In this document: positions 1 to 8,735 of the stretch, piece after piece
Position numbering within the stretch: the first letter of the stretch is position 1
Layout of the letters: each line of letters starts with the position of its first letter
From: Candidatus Methanomethylophilaceae archaeon
GTDB taxonomy: Archaea > Thermoplasmatota > Thermoplasmata > Methanomassiliicoccales > Methanomethylophilaceae
Length of the DNA stretch: 64,000 bases
Assembly: GCA_029982165.1 (NCBI GenBank)
Contig: JARRCN010000004.1
Coordinates: 8,018-72,017 of the forward strand
Reading direction: 5' to 3'
The notes under the pieces: generated by a model
The model's database searches: none
What the model was told of the DNA's origin: nothing
The model's input: only the letters and a program-made list of their open reading frames with translations
Made by a program: the position numbers and the translations under genes

Positions 1-1
1 G

Positions 2-898
2 ATCGAGGGTCAGAAGCGACTTCACAGGAAATATGGTGGCGATTGTCTATACTCATTTCTTTATGCAGCAATCGAACCCGAGTCTTGGGGTGCGGATGTT
101 ATCTTTATCGATGATGGGCCACCCAACTGCGGCCCTCCAATAATAAAGTGTCCAGAGGACATAGATACTGTAGAACCACCTGACATAGCCGATAGTGTGG
201 CGCTTCAAAGGATCCTGAGTATTACCGAGGGTTTAGTCAAATATTCGAATGGTGAGGTGCCAGTCATAGGGGTAGTCCTCTCCCCTTTCTCTGCTCCTGT
301 TATGCAGATGGGTTTCGAAGCTTATCTGGACACCATCTTCGAGGACCCCACACTCTTCTGGAAGTTAATGGAGAAAAACAAAAAGTTCTGCATAACATGG
401 GCAAAGGCCCAGAAAGAAAGGGGAGCAGATGCCATAACGTATTTTGATCCCCTTTCATCTGTTACCTGCATACCACCGGATATCAGCCGGGAGACGGGTT
501 TTAAGATAGCGCGTGACGTCATCAAAGAGATAGATGGCCCTGTGGCTGTGCATCTAGCATCTGGTTTGGGGCTCCCCATCGCAGAGGACATTATAAGTAC
601 GGGTGCAGCAGCTGTAGGTGTATCGACATTTGAGGACCTGGCTGAATACAAAAAAATATGTAAAGGTCGTTTAACCCTTATAGGGAATCTTAATGGTATT
701 GAAATGGTACACTGGGATGCAAACAAGGTTGAAGCTGAGGTAAAGGAAGCCATCTTTAAGGCCGGAGAAGGGGGTGGTTTTATTCTTTCGGACAATCATG
801 GTGAGATCCCCTGGCAGGTACCTGATGACGTTTTATTGAGTATCAAACACTCAACCGAGAAGTGGGGGCGATATCCTCTAAGGATGGAGATTCTTTGA
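2..898 (+). CDS. URO-D fold methyltransferase (MtaA/MtbA-like methylcobamide:CoM methyltransferase family), 5' end cut by the window edge
   Basis: Frame 2 is open from base 2 (IEGQKRLHRKYGGDCLYSFLYAAIEPESWGADVIFIDDGPP...) and runs into the listed 197..898 ORF. The C-terminal half is URO-D-like (GADAITYFDPLSS, LIGNLNG, GGGFILSDNHGEIP). Confidence 0.7.
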   Translation: MEGQKRLHRKYGGDCLYSFLYAAIEPESWGADVIFIDDGPPNCGPPIIKCPEDIDTVEPPDIADSVALQRILSITEGLVKYSNGEVPVIGVVLSPFSAPVMQMGFEAYLDTIFEDPTLFWKLMEKNKKFCITWAKAQKERGADAITYFDPLSSVTCIPPDISRETGFKIARDVIKEIDGPVAVHLASGLGLPIAEDIISTGAAAVGVSTFEDLAEYKKICKGRLTLIGNLNGIEMVHWDANKVEAEVKEAIFKAGEGGGFILSDNHGEIPWQVPDDVLLSIKHSTEKWGRYPLRMEIL

Positions 899-2625
899 CA
901 AAGTTTGGGATTCTATGTTGTGAGAGTCTTAGTAAAGAACTAGAGCTGGTTCTATCCTCGATCGGTGCAGATGATGTCGAGGTTACATTTTTTCAGACCC
1001 ATTGTCATGCAAAAGAGAATGACGTGGATGAGAGCCAGCACCTTCGCAATCTGCAGAAAGAATGTTCGCGAATAGTCGTACTCGGCTGTGGTTGTCTTTC
1101 AAAATTGAATATCCCTAATGATGAGAATGTTATCATACTCGGCTGTGGCGCTGAATTATTCCTTCCGTCTCGACTCCTTCATTACATGACCTCAAGTGGC
1201 TATATGTTAGTAGTCCCCGGTTGGTTGAGAAAATGGAGGGAGCACATCCAGAAGGCTGGTTTAGATGAGGATACAGCCAGGAGTATGTTTAAAGAAAGTG
1301 TGAAGAGCGTGATGGTTCTGGACACCGGTATTAGTGATGAACTGATTCCGTATACAGAAGAGATAGCTGAATTTTTCGATCTTGAATGTAGAATATTACC
1401 TGTAGGTACAGCTTATCTAGAAAAGACCCTATCTGCAGAAATTTCCAGATGGACCCTTAATGAGAGGACGCGAGTCATGAAAGAGGAGCTCGCCAGCGCC
1501 AACAAAATAGCGGCAGACATGGCTATGGTTTTTGATCTCCTCGATACAATAGTGTCTCAAAAGGAAGAGACGAAACTGATTGAGAACCTTCTGGACATAT
1601 TTATCACACTTTTTTCTCCACAAACAGTGTTGTACGTTGATAGGGGTGCGACTGTCGTGCATTTTGCCGGCAGAACTCCAAACTATGATGTTCCCGACGA
1701 GGATCTCATGGATTTCCTCTCTGGTGATAAGAGTTATGAATTGATAGGAGGCACGGGTTTCATAATACGTCTGCAGCATCAGGGAGAGCCTCTAGGTGCA
1801 ATAATGCTCGAGGGTATGATATACCCTGAGCGTGTAAACGATTATCTTAACATATCTATGGAGATAGTCGGGGTCTTTGGTCTGGCCCTATCTAATTCCA
1901 GAGCGTATCAGCGTCTCAATCTGATTATTTCAGAATTGGCCCAGGAAACGGAAATTCGCAGGCTGACTGAAGAGGCACTCAGGGCCTCAAACCGTAAATT
2001 GAACTTGCTCTCTAGCATCACTAGGCATGATATCAATAACAATCTAACAGTTTTAATGGGATATACAGAGATGCTTTTGAACTTAGAAAGTGACCCCTCG
2101 AAGCGACGCTATCTTGAGGCTATCATGAAGGCCTCTGAAGGTATAGAGTCGATGATAAAGTTCACAAAGGAGTATGATGGTATTGGTGTGAAGAGTCCCG
2201 TATGGAGTAATGTAAGGGCATTGATCGATGATGCCGCCGCCCGTAGCATGCCTTTGCCGTTTAGTGTAATTAATAATGTGCCATCTGATATAGAGATCTT
2301 CATCGATCCCATGGGTGCTAGAGCTTTTTACAACATTGTTGAAAACGCTAAGCGTCACGCTGTCGGAGCTACCCATTTAACCTTCGGAACTAATGACGTA
2401 GGTGAGAGATTGATCATCACAGCAGAGGATGATGGTTCCGGCATACTGTCTGATGAGAAAGAAAGGATATTCGAAAGAGGATTTGGGAAGAATACAGGTC
2501 TAGGCCTTTTCCTAGTCAAGGAAATACTTTCCATCACTGATATAGATATAATTGAGGATGGAAAACCTGGTGAAGGAGCAAGGTTCAGGATAATTGTTCC
2601 CCCAGGATGTCATAGACATCGATAA
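862..2625 (+). CDS. Sensor histidine kinase with an N-terminal Cys-rich DUF1638-like domain, a central GAF-like region and C-terminal HisKA/HATPase
   Basis: N-terminus: ILCCESLSKELE...FFQTHCH...VVLGCGCL...ILGCGAELF, which looks DUF1638-like. H-box: SSITRHDINNNLTVLMGYTEML. ATPase N/G boxes: NIVENAKRHA, EDDGSGI, GFGKNTGLGLFLV. The likely true start is TTG at 895, overlapping the upstream TGA (TTGA coupling). Confidence 0.75.
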   Translation: MGAISSKDGDSLTKFGILCCESLSKELELVLSSIGADDVEVTFFQTHCHAKENDVDESQHLRNLQKECSRIVVLGCGCLSKLNIPNDENVIILGCGAELFLPSRLLHYMTSSGYMLVVPGWLRKWREHIQKAGLDEDTARSMFKESVKSVMVLDTGISDELIPYTEEIAEFFDLECRILPVGTAYLEKTLSAEISRWTLNERTRVMKEELASANKIAADMAMVFDLLDTIVSQKEETKLIENLLDIFITLFSPQTVLYVDRGATVVHFAGRTPNYDVPDEDLMDFLSGDKSYELIGGTGFIIRLQHQGEPLGAIMLEGMIYPERVNDYLNISMEIVGVFGLALSNSRAYQRLNLIISELAQETEIRRLTEEALRASNRKLNLLSSITRHDINNNLTVLMGYTEMLLNLESDPSKRRYLEAIMKASEGIESMIKFTKEYDGIGVKSPVWSNVRALIDDAAARSMPLPFSVINNVPSDIEIFIDPMGARAFYNIVENAKRHAVGATHLTFGTNDVGERLIITAEDDGSGILSDEKERIFERGFGKNTGLGLFLVKEILSITDIDIIEDGKPGEGARFRIIVPPGCHRHR

Positions 2626-2711
2626 TCTGAAGATTGTTTTAGGTTGCACTCATCACCCCTTTGTTACCAGGTTGCGATTTTGTACACGATAATTATTCGG
2701 TAACGCCTAAC

Positions 2712-3875
2712 TCACTTTCTTCCGCAGGTACATAGCGGCGGCAAGGAACGTAAGCGCTCCACTACCAAAGGTGTCTGCACCAATATATGATCTATCTGTT
2801 CCTCTGTGTTCTCTGCTCCAAGGGAGAATCTTATAGAGCCATGGGCAAGGCCGTTCGGTATTCCCATCGCCCGCAGCACATGAGATGCCTCCAAAGATCC
2901 TGTTGAACATGCCGAACCAGTCGATGTTTGTATACCACGATAGTCCAGCATCAGCACTGCCGATTCCCCCTCGATCCCTTCAAAGACAAATGAAGCCAGA
3001 CCGGGCAACCTTTCACACGGATGCCCGGTCAATACCGATCCATCGATTTTGATCACTCCGGCAATGAGGCGGTCTCTCATTTTGCGTAGTCTTTCCACTT
3101 TCTCATCAAGTCTATCGAGTGAGTCTTCGAGTGCAGCGGCCATAGCTAGGATTGCTGCTACATTCTCAGTCCCGGCGCGGCGTCCGCGTTCCTGACCTCC
3201 TCCGTGTATCAGCGGCGGGAGTTTCAATTCGCGTCTGATATACAGGGCACCGATGCCTTTGGGTCCCCCAAACTTATGGCCGGACATGCTGAGCATATCT
3301 ACACCGAGTTCATTGACATCCACTGAAAGGTGCCCAATGGCCTGAACAGCATCGGTGTGAAAAAGAGCACCGCCTTCTTTGGCTACAGAAGCCAACTCCT
3401 TAATCGGTTGAATGGTCCCAACTTCATTGTTGGCCATCATAACCGACACTAGGATGGTATCTTTTCTCATAGCCTCTTTGAGCGAATCCACAGAGACCTG
3501 CCCATTGGCATCTACTGGAAGGTAAGTGACTTCATAACCTCTTTCCTCCAGATATTTGCATGTTGACAATACGGCATGATGCTCGATCGATGAGGTTATT
3601 ACATGTTTACCTTTTTCTTTCATTAATTCCGCAGCGCTTTTGATGGCCCAGTTATCGGCCTCACTGCCATTACTGGTGAAGAATAACTCATTCTTTGTGG
3701 CGCCTATTGCGGAGGCTATTCCTGTACGGGCATCCTCCATTGCCATTCTGGCATTCTGGGATAGTGAATGCACTCCAGATGGATTGCCGTAATTGTCCCG
3801 CAGATAAGAGCACATCGTTTTAAAGGCAGACGAAGACATAGGAGTCGTAGCGGCATGATCAGCATAAACTTGCAT
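2712..3875 (-). CDS. Cysteine desulfurase (NifS/IscS class V aminotransferase)
   Basis: PLP-lysine motif SMSGHKFGGPKGIGALYIR and catalytic Cys loop STGSACSTGSLEASHVL. The whole 387 aa is collinear with NifS/IscS. Confidence 0.9.
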   Translation of the reverse strand: MQVYADHAATTPMSSSAFKTMCSYLRDNYGNPSGVHSLSQNARMAMEDARTGIASAIGATKNELFFTSNGSEADNWAIKSAAELMKEKGKHVITSSIEHHAVLSTCKYLEERGYEVTYLPVDANGQVSVDSLKEAMRKDTILVSVMMANNEVGTIQPIKELASVAKEGGALFHTDAVQAIGHLSVDVNELGVDMLSMSGHKFGGPKGIGALYIRRELKLPPLIHGGGQERGRRAGTENVAAILAMAAALEDSLDRLDEKVERLRKMRDRLIAGVIKIDGSVLTGHPCERLPGLASFVFEGIEGESAVLMLDYRGIQTSTGSACSTGSLEASHVLRAMGIPNGLAHGSIRFSLGAENTEEQIDHILVQTPLVVERLRSLPPLCTCGRK

Positions 3876-3968
3876 TATATGATACCCTCTTGGCCGCCTG
3901 AGCGGTTCTGATAGTCAGCTATAACAATAGTTAATCATAAAAAGTCTCTGTTATCTAGGAGAATGAGT

Positions 3969-4757
3969 TTATGATGACCTTGCCTCAGCGACTTTCCAAC
4001 CCACTGTATCCCGATCAACATCGATAAAATAAGGGAATACTATCAATTTCACGCTGTTCTCGGTACATTCCTTTAAAACGGTATCATCGATGGCCTTTAT
4101 CGACTCCAGTTCTTTGAGGCTTCCTGCTGCCCATGTCTCATAATGTTCTGGCCCACGATGCTCAATTGCAACGCTCATTGAAGGGAGAAAAGCCTGGAGA
4201 GGCCTAATACACCACGAAGGTTGGTATTCTGCCATGAGCTCCTCCTTTGGGTATAGTTCTCTTATGACCTTTAGCAAGTGCTCAGGCTCCACGGTGCTCT
4301 CTCCTCTGGGACGGAAGCCATATCGCTCTATTATGACGTCTGCAGCTTTTCTCCGGCACTCTTCAGCTGTTTTGAACCCGCCTCCATCGGCAATGAGTTC
4401 GATAGCTGTCTTTTCAATATAAGCACCATAACGGCGCTCAAACTCATCTGTCTCCATATCAGAAGTGTATATATGTGTAGAGGGGGCATCCCGGCAGAGT
4501 TCGCAAATCATTCCTTCGTACTCAATTCCTTCGAGCCTTTTCCTCATTTCTTCTACGGTTACACCATGGGCGGCTGCCATGCCCTCCACGTCAAAATCCC
4601 TACTGACACCTAATAAATTGGAGGCCTTTTCGATATTATCGATAGCCTTCTTGAAGCACTTACATATATAGAGGCGCTTACAAAGCTCGCACTCCCATAT
4701 GAGCTTCCATTCACCCTCTATATTGTTAAAGAGTCTATATCTGTGTCTGCAGGGCAT
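3969..4757 (-). CDS. Hypothetical Cys-rich protein with a C-terminal Vsr/DUF559-like (PD-(D/E)xK-fold) module
   Basis: N-terminal Cys clusters: CRH...WECELCKRLYICKC and ICELCRD. The C-terminal pattern GESTVEPEHLLKVIREL...SVAIEHRGPEHY...VKLIVFPY resembles the E..L / aIE.dG..H / ..vlrf signature of Vsr-like endonuclease domains. The acidic residues are partly substituted. Confidence 0.35.
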   Translation of the reverse strand: MPCRHRYRLFNNIEGEWKLIWECELCKRLYICKCFKKAIDNIEKASNLLGVSRDFDVEGMAAAHGVTVEEMRKRLEGIEYEGMICELCRDAPSTHIYTSDMETDEFERRYGAYIEKTAIELIADGGGFKTAEECRRKAADVIIERYGFRPRGESTVEPEHLLKVIRELYPKEELMAEYQPSWCIRPLQAFLPSMSVAIEHRGPEHYETWAAGSLKELESIKAIDDTVLKECTENSVKLIVFPYFIDVDRDTVGWKVAEARSS

Positions 4758-4941
4758 GATTAACCTTTCATTAAGGGAGTCTTAGGTATATTCTTGATGG
4801 ATGAGTGTGTAAGGCCGCTGTTACTGAACGATAGAAGCACCAAGGAGATGATGACCTTCAATACATTGTACCAGACGACCTCCATTGAGTATAGACGAGA
4901 CGGATATAACTCTTTTTTGATAACGGGAGCATATAACAATT

Positions 4942-4961
4942 CTTATGAGTACTTATGAGTA
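4942..4961 (+). repeat. Perfect tandem 10-nt direct repeat (cttatgagta x2) just upstream of the longest ORF start at 4963
   Basis: Read directly: tCTTATGAGTACTTATGAGTAaatg. Confidence 0.6.
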
Positions 4962-5052
4962 AATGGTAGCTGATTGCTATTGGCCTGCAAATCGGTTGTT
5001 GACACCACCTTTGAGAACGCATTTTATATGGCAAATGGAATCACGCATTGGC

Positions 5053-6123
5053 ATGTCTCGATACACTGTGAACAATAACGACTTGCGTAATACATATTTA
5101 CTTGTAGGGGCTCTCACAGTGTTGCTGTTTATAGCCCTTTATACCCTATCCGCAACAGGGGGTATGGAACCATTGGAGCGGATTATCCTTACGATGCCAT
5201 GGGTCCTGTCCTCTGCATATCTCATATACAGTATAGTGGATGTGTACATTTGGAGGGCTTTTAGCCGCATGGGTCTATTTAAGACGCCATCTTTAAACGG
5301 TGTTTATTCTGGTAAGTGCTGGACATCAGACTCATCCTATAGCGAGTCGCATGATGTGACAGTAAACATACAACAATCGTTATCCGAAGTGTCCGTAGAA
5401 ATGGTCACCATAAAAGAAGGAAAGAAAGAGAGTTTTGAGAGTGTCACCGCTTCCATCATTAGCAGACCTTACAACTCGTATATTTACTACCCGTTTTCTT
5501 CCCCCTTTGGGAATGAGGATGAAATGAAACCGATTCATGAAGGATTCTGTGCATTGGAGTTTGATGGTGAAGGATATCACGTCAAAGGTCGGTATTTTAC
5601 TGACAATGGCGGAAAGATCGGTGACGGAGTCTTGAGTTTGGAACGTGCTGTGAAGACTGGAGATGCGAGCATTGCGGATGTGAATATCCCGAAAAGGGCG
5701 GTGCTCCGTCCCCCTATATCGCGGCCAGTCAAGAATAAGGAACGAAAAAAACTGGAAACATCAAGATCCTATTCTGAAAAGATACTCTTAGAGGACAAAC
5801 CCGAGCCTATATCAGAGACATACAGTCTTTTGCGGGAAAGGATCCTTGAGCTAGATGAGGATATAGAGATTTTACCCTTCAAACATCACCTGTCTTTCGT
5901 TGCTATGTCGCCCTTTGTTGACGTGCAGGTGCAGAAGACACAGATTAAGATATGGCTGAACATTAGCATTGGAGAGTTGGACGACCCGAAAGGCGCTGCA
6001 AGGGATGTATCTGATGTCAAGCATTGGGGTAACGGCGAGTATGAGGTAATAATCAAACCCGGAGACGACTTGGATTACGTTATGATGCTCATAAAACAAT
6101 CATATTGTCGGAACAACCTCTGA
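5053..6123 (+). CDS. Membrane protein: 2 TM helices + beta-strand-rich Cap15/S-2TMbeta-like domain + C-terminal DUF5655-like domain
   Basis: The longest ORF starts at 4963. A TATA-like TTTTATAT at 5023..5030 sits about 23 nt before the in-frame ATG at 5053, which suggests a leaderless start at MSRYTVNNN. TM1 is LLVGALTVLLFIALYTLSA and TM2 is WVLSSAYLIYSIVDVYIWRAF. The beta-rich block is LNGVYSGKCWTS...VTVNIQQSLSEVSVEMVT...SVTASII...HEGFCALEFDG...VKGRYFTDNGGKIGDGVLSLER. The C-terminus is LRERILELDEDIEILPFKHHLSFV...DVKHWGNGEYEVIIKPGDDLDYVMMLIKQSY. Confidence 0.6.
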   Translation: MSRYTVNNNDLRNTYLLVGALTVLLFIALYTLSATGGMEPLERIILTMPWVLSSAYLIYSIVDVYIWRAFSRMGLFKTPSLNGVYSGKCWTSDSSYSESHDVTVNIQQSLSEVSVEMVTIKEGKKESFESVTASIISRPYNSYIYYPFSSPFGNEDEMKPIHEGFCALEFDGEGYHVKGRYFTDNGGKIGDGVLSLERAVKTGDASIADVNIPKRAVLRPPISRPVKNKERKKLETSRSYSEKILLEDKPEPISETYSLLRERILELDEDIEILPFKHHLSFVAMSPFVDVQVQKTQIKIWLNISIGELDDPKGAARDVSDVKHWGNGEYEVIIKPGDDLDYVMMLIKQSYCRNNL

Positions 6124-6203
6124 TCTCAGGATAATGTCTGAATTTTGTGAGATATTAACGATGTAGAAAGCCCCTTATATGACACCGTTAATCATGGTGA
6201 ACT

Positions 6204-6878
6204 GTGGCTTTGGAACTCTTCGGTATGGTAATCGACCCTGCCATGGGATCTTCAGATTACCTTCTTTTCCTAATCACTCTTTTGACACTCTTTAACCCAC
6301 CAGCCGCTATAGCGGCCTTTGCCAGTTTGACGGACAGATTCCCGCAGGACATTCAGAAAAAGGTCGCTAAACGTGTTGGGTGTAATTATCTCGTTGTGTT
6401 AGTGATGTCTCTTACTGTTGGAGAGTATATACTCATGCTTCTTGGCATAACAACTCCAGCACTCATGATTACGGGGGGCATTGCTGCCTTTATAGCGGGT
6501 ATGCCAATGATGACTTTTGGCCAGAAACTAAACGTCGTGGTAAGTGAGGATGAATATAACGCAGTTCCTCGCTCGGAATGGGAGCAAGTCGTCGCAGTAC
6601 CGATGACATTTCCCATGGCTATAGGCGGTGCCACAGTGGCCATTGCTATCTCTACCTCCAGTCAGGTCACTACCTTACTGGGTTATGCGTTCCTGATCAT
6701 CATAGCCATCTTAATGTCCATAGTAGTATACATTACAACATTGATGGCTGGTAGCCTTGCAAAACGCTTAGGAGGAAGCATAGATATCCTGACACGCGTA
6801 TCAGGAATAATCATTGTCGCCATATCTATTCAGATCTTAGCAACGGGGTTTTTCGACCTTATAGAGATTTACGGATGA
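6204..6878 (+). CDS. MarC-family (UPF0056) integral membrane protein
   Basis: About 6 TM segments. The N-terminal LFNPPAAIAAFASLT resembles the MarC NP(i/a) motif, and the size (224 aa) is typical. Confidence 0.55.
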   Translation: MALELFGMVIDPAMGSSDYLLFLITLLTLFNPPAAIAAFASLTDRFPQDIQKKVAKRVGCNYLVVLVMSLTVGEYILMLLGITTPALMITGGIAAFIAGMPMMTFGQKLNVVVSEDEYNAVPRSEWEQVVAVPMTFPMAIGGATVAIAISTSSQVTTLLGYAFLIIIAILMSIVVYITTLMAGSLAKRLGGSIDILTRVSGIIIVAISIQILATGFFDLIEIYG

Positions 6879-6960
6879 TTGCAACCCATGTTATTGAATG
6901 ATCCATATGGGCGTTCTGCGCTGAACAATCAACGCTTCCAGCTGTCTAGAAACGAGCATT

Positions 6961-7863
6961 TTAAGTCAATGTCTGTATAGCAGTTATGAATATCCCGATT
7001 CCTAGCAGTGCTTGGGTCATAAGCACCATTTGTATATTCGCCTTCTGTCCCTCTACGAATTTCTTATCGGGGTACATTCTTTGGAGAGCGATACCCGATG
7101 CCTTGTAAGCGATAGGCAGGGTGAGTAATGCCAATAACGCGGTGATAGGCACGTAGCTCAAAACGACAGATGTGATAATGGTCAGGTAAACGCCAGCATT
7201 TATAACAACATAAAATTTGGCAGCCTTTTTTTCTCCAAGAACCATCACTATATTTTTTCTTCCTCCATATCTGTCCGCCTCCTGATCAGGGAATTCATTT
7301 AGCAGCTGGAGGTTGAATGTCAGCATAGCAGATGCAAAGCCGATAAGCCAAACGGACGGGTTGAGCGTCTCTGCCTGTACGAGGTATGCCCCAAGCACAG
7401 GAAGCAGACCGAGCCCAAGACCAGCGGCCATCTCGCCAAGCATCCATTTGGCGAAAATCTGTGTATAAAACAGCGCAAATACACAACCCAGAATTATTAT
7501 GGGTATTACGAGTTCAGTGACTGTAAGAATCAGATGCGCACTTAACAGGACGGCTGTTGCAAAGCATACATAAGCGAATTTACGTGCACTCTCTGGTTTC
7601 ACGGAGCCTTGTTGGAGTGTACCACTGCCGCCGCTGAACATCGTTCTGTCTGTACGAAAGTCTATACCACTGAGGTGGTCGTGATATTCGTTGAGAGTGT
7701 TCACTGTGATATGAAGGAGCACCAAGATCGCTGTGAATGAAAGGAAGGGATACCAATTGAAGTATCCGTCATTCATTGCCAGAAGTGTACCCACTATCGA
7801 AAGAAGGAGGGGTAGAAGCAGGAACGGCGCCCTTACTAAGAATACCCATACCTTAAGATTCAT
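6961..7863 (-). CDS. UbiA-family aromatic prenyltransferase (MenA/UbiA-like)
   Basis: Polytopic membrane protein with the two Asp-rich motifs NEYHDHLSGID and NEFPDQEADRYGGRKN. Confidence 0.8.
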   Translation of the reverse strand: MNLKVWVFLVRAPFLLLPLLLSIVGTLLAMNDGYFNWYPFLSFTAILVLLHITVNTLNEYHDHLSGIDFRTDRTMFSGGSGTLQQGSVKPESARKFAYVCFATAVLLSAHLILTVTELVIPIIILGCVFALFYTQIFAKWMLGEMAAGLGLGLLPVLGAYLVQAETLNPSVWLIGFASAMLTFNLQLLNEFPDQEADRYGGRKNIVMVLGEKKAAKFYVVINAGVYLTIITSVVLSYVPITALLALLTLPIAYKASGIALQRMYPDKKFVEGQKANIQMVLMTQALLGIGIFITAIQTLT

Positions 7864-8004
7864 CGTTTGAAGTATGGCAGCATATAATTAATCTTTCTTG
7901 ATTTAACGATGACCGATTGATACTATTTAGAAAGATTCACGAAAACGGTGGTAAAGATAACCATATTATTTATCCTTCCATGAACCAATTCATTTTCGAT
8001 AAGT

Positions 8005-8559
8005 ATGACAGACGTTTGCGACAGATCTCTTGAAGAGGTCCATGAGCTCATAGGAAGATATGTTTACGATAAGTATCACGGAAAGGATCGTGTCATAGTA
8101 AAGGTAAAAGGTTTGCTTGTATCCGGTGACACCGGCCCATACCCCTTATACAATGATGTGGACGATCGCATCGCTCTGCGTTATTGCGAGCCCGATATCT
8201 TAATGATAAGGGATGGTTTCGTTAAGACTGTCATTGAGATAGACTCAGCGTACATGACGTCTGAGGAGTATATCGGTAGGGCCATTTTACCTATTCTTGC
8301 AAAGAAAATGATACGCGGTGATGAAGAGGTTCCCATAGCCGAGGATGTCCATGTGATGCAGATAGTATGTTATCACGGACAGTCGGGAGACGAGGAGCGT
8401 AAAATGGAGCTGCGTCTCCGTTACCTCTCCGAAGACATTTCCATGTTATTCCGTAATACCGAAAGGGGATGCCGTTATTCGTTGATCCTACCTGTTAATC
8501 GACACGATGATACGATTGACCAGGTCCTGAGCAGGTACCTGGATGGTAAGATCTGGTGA
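8005..8559 (+). CDS. Hypothetical protein, possibly PD-(D/E)xK-like
   Basis: No clear family. CEPDILMIRDG...KTVIEIDS weakly resembles a PD...(D/E)x(K) core, but the Lys position is not conserved. Confidence 0.3.
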   Translation: MTDVCDRSLEEVHELIGRYVYDKYHGKDRVIVKVKGLLVSGDTGPYPLYNDVDDRIALRYCEPDILMIRDGFVKTVIEIDSAYMTSEEYIGRAILPILAKKMIRGDEEVPIAEDVHVMQIVCYHGQSGDEERKMELRLRYLSEDISMLFRNTERGCRYSLILPVNRHDDTIDQVLSRYLDGKIW

Positions 8560-8735
8560 AGATTTTGCTCTTCGTGATATAATCGGTAAAGTTATATTAT
8601 TCTTCATAATAAGGGAAAAGCAGAGCTATCGGGGCCATTGACTGGTCACGGATACTGCTTAAAAGTTGGAACGGTTGCCCTCTTCAGTGGAGGGGGAAAG
8701 ATTGCTACGAAAGATGAGTATAGGCGGCTGACACC

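Noticed and set aside
8005-8559. Restriction-endonuclease-like nuclease call for the 184-aa protein
   Set aside because: The PD...ExD pattern lacks the conserved Lys, and there is no partner methyltransferase or specificity gene. I kept it as a hypothetical protein.
8560-8735. Possible riboswitch or leader upstream of the MMPL exporter
   Set aside because: Only one short hairpin is evident (ccctc/gaggg), with no recognisable riboswitch core sequence.
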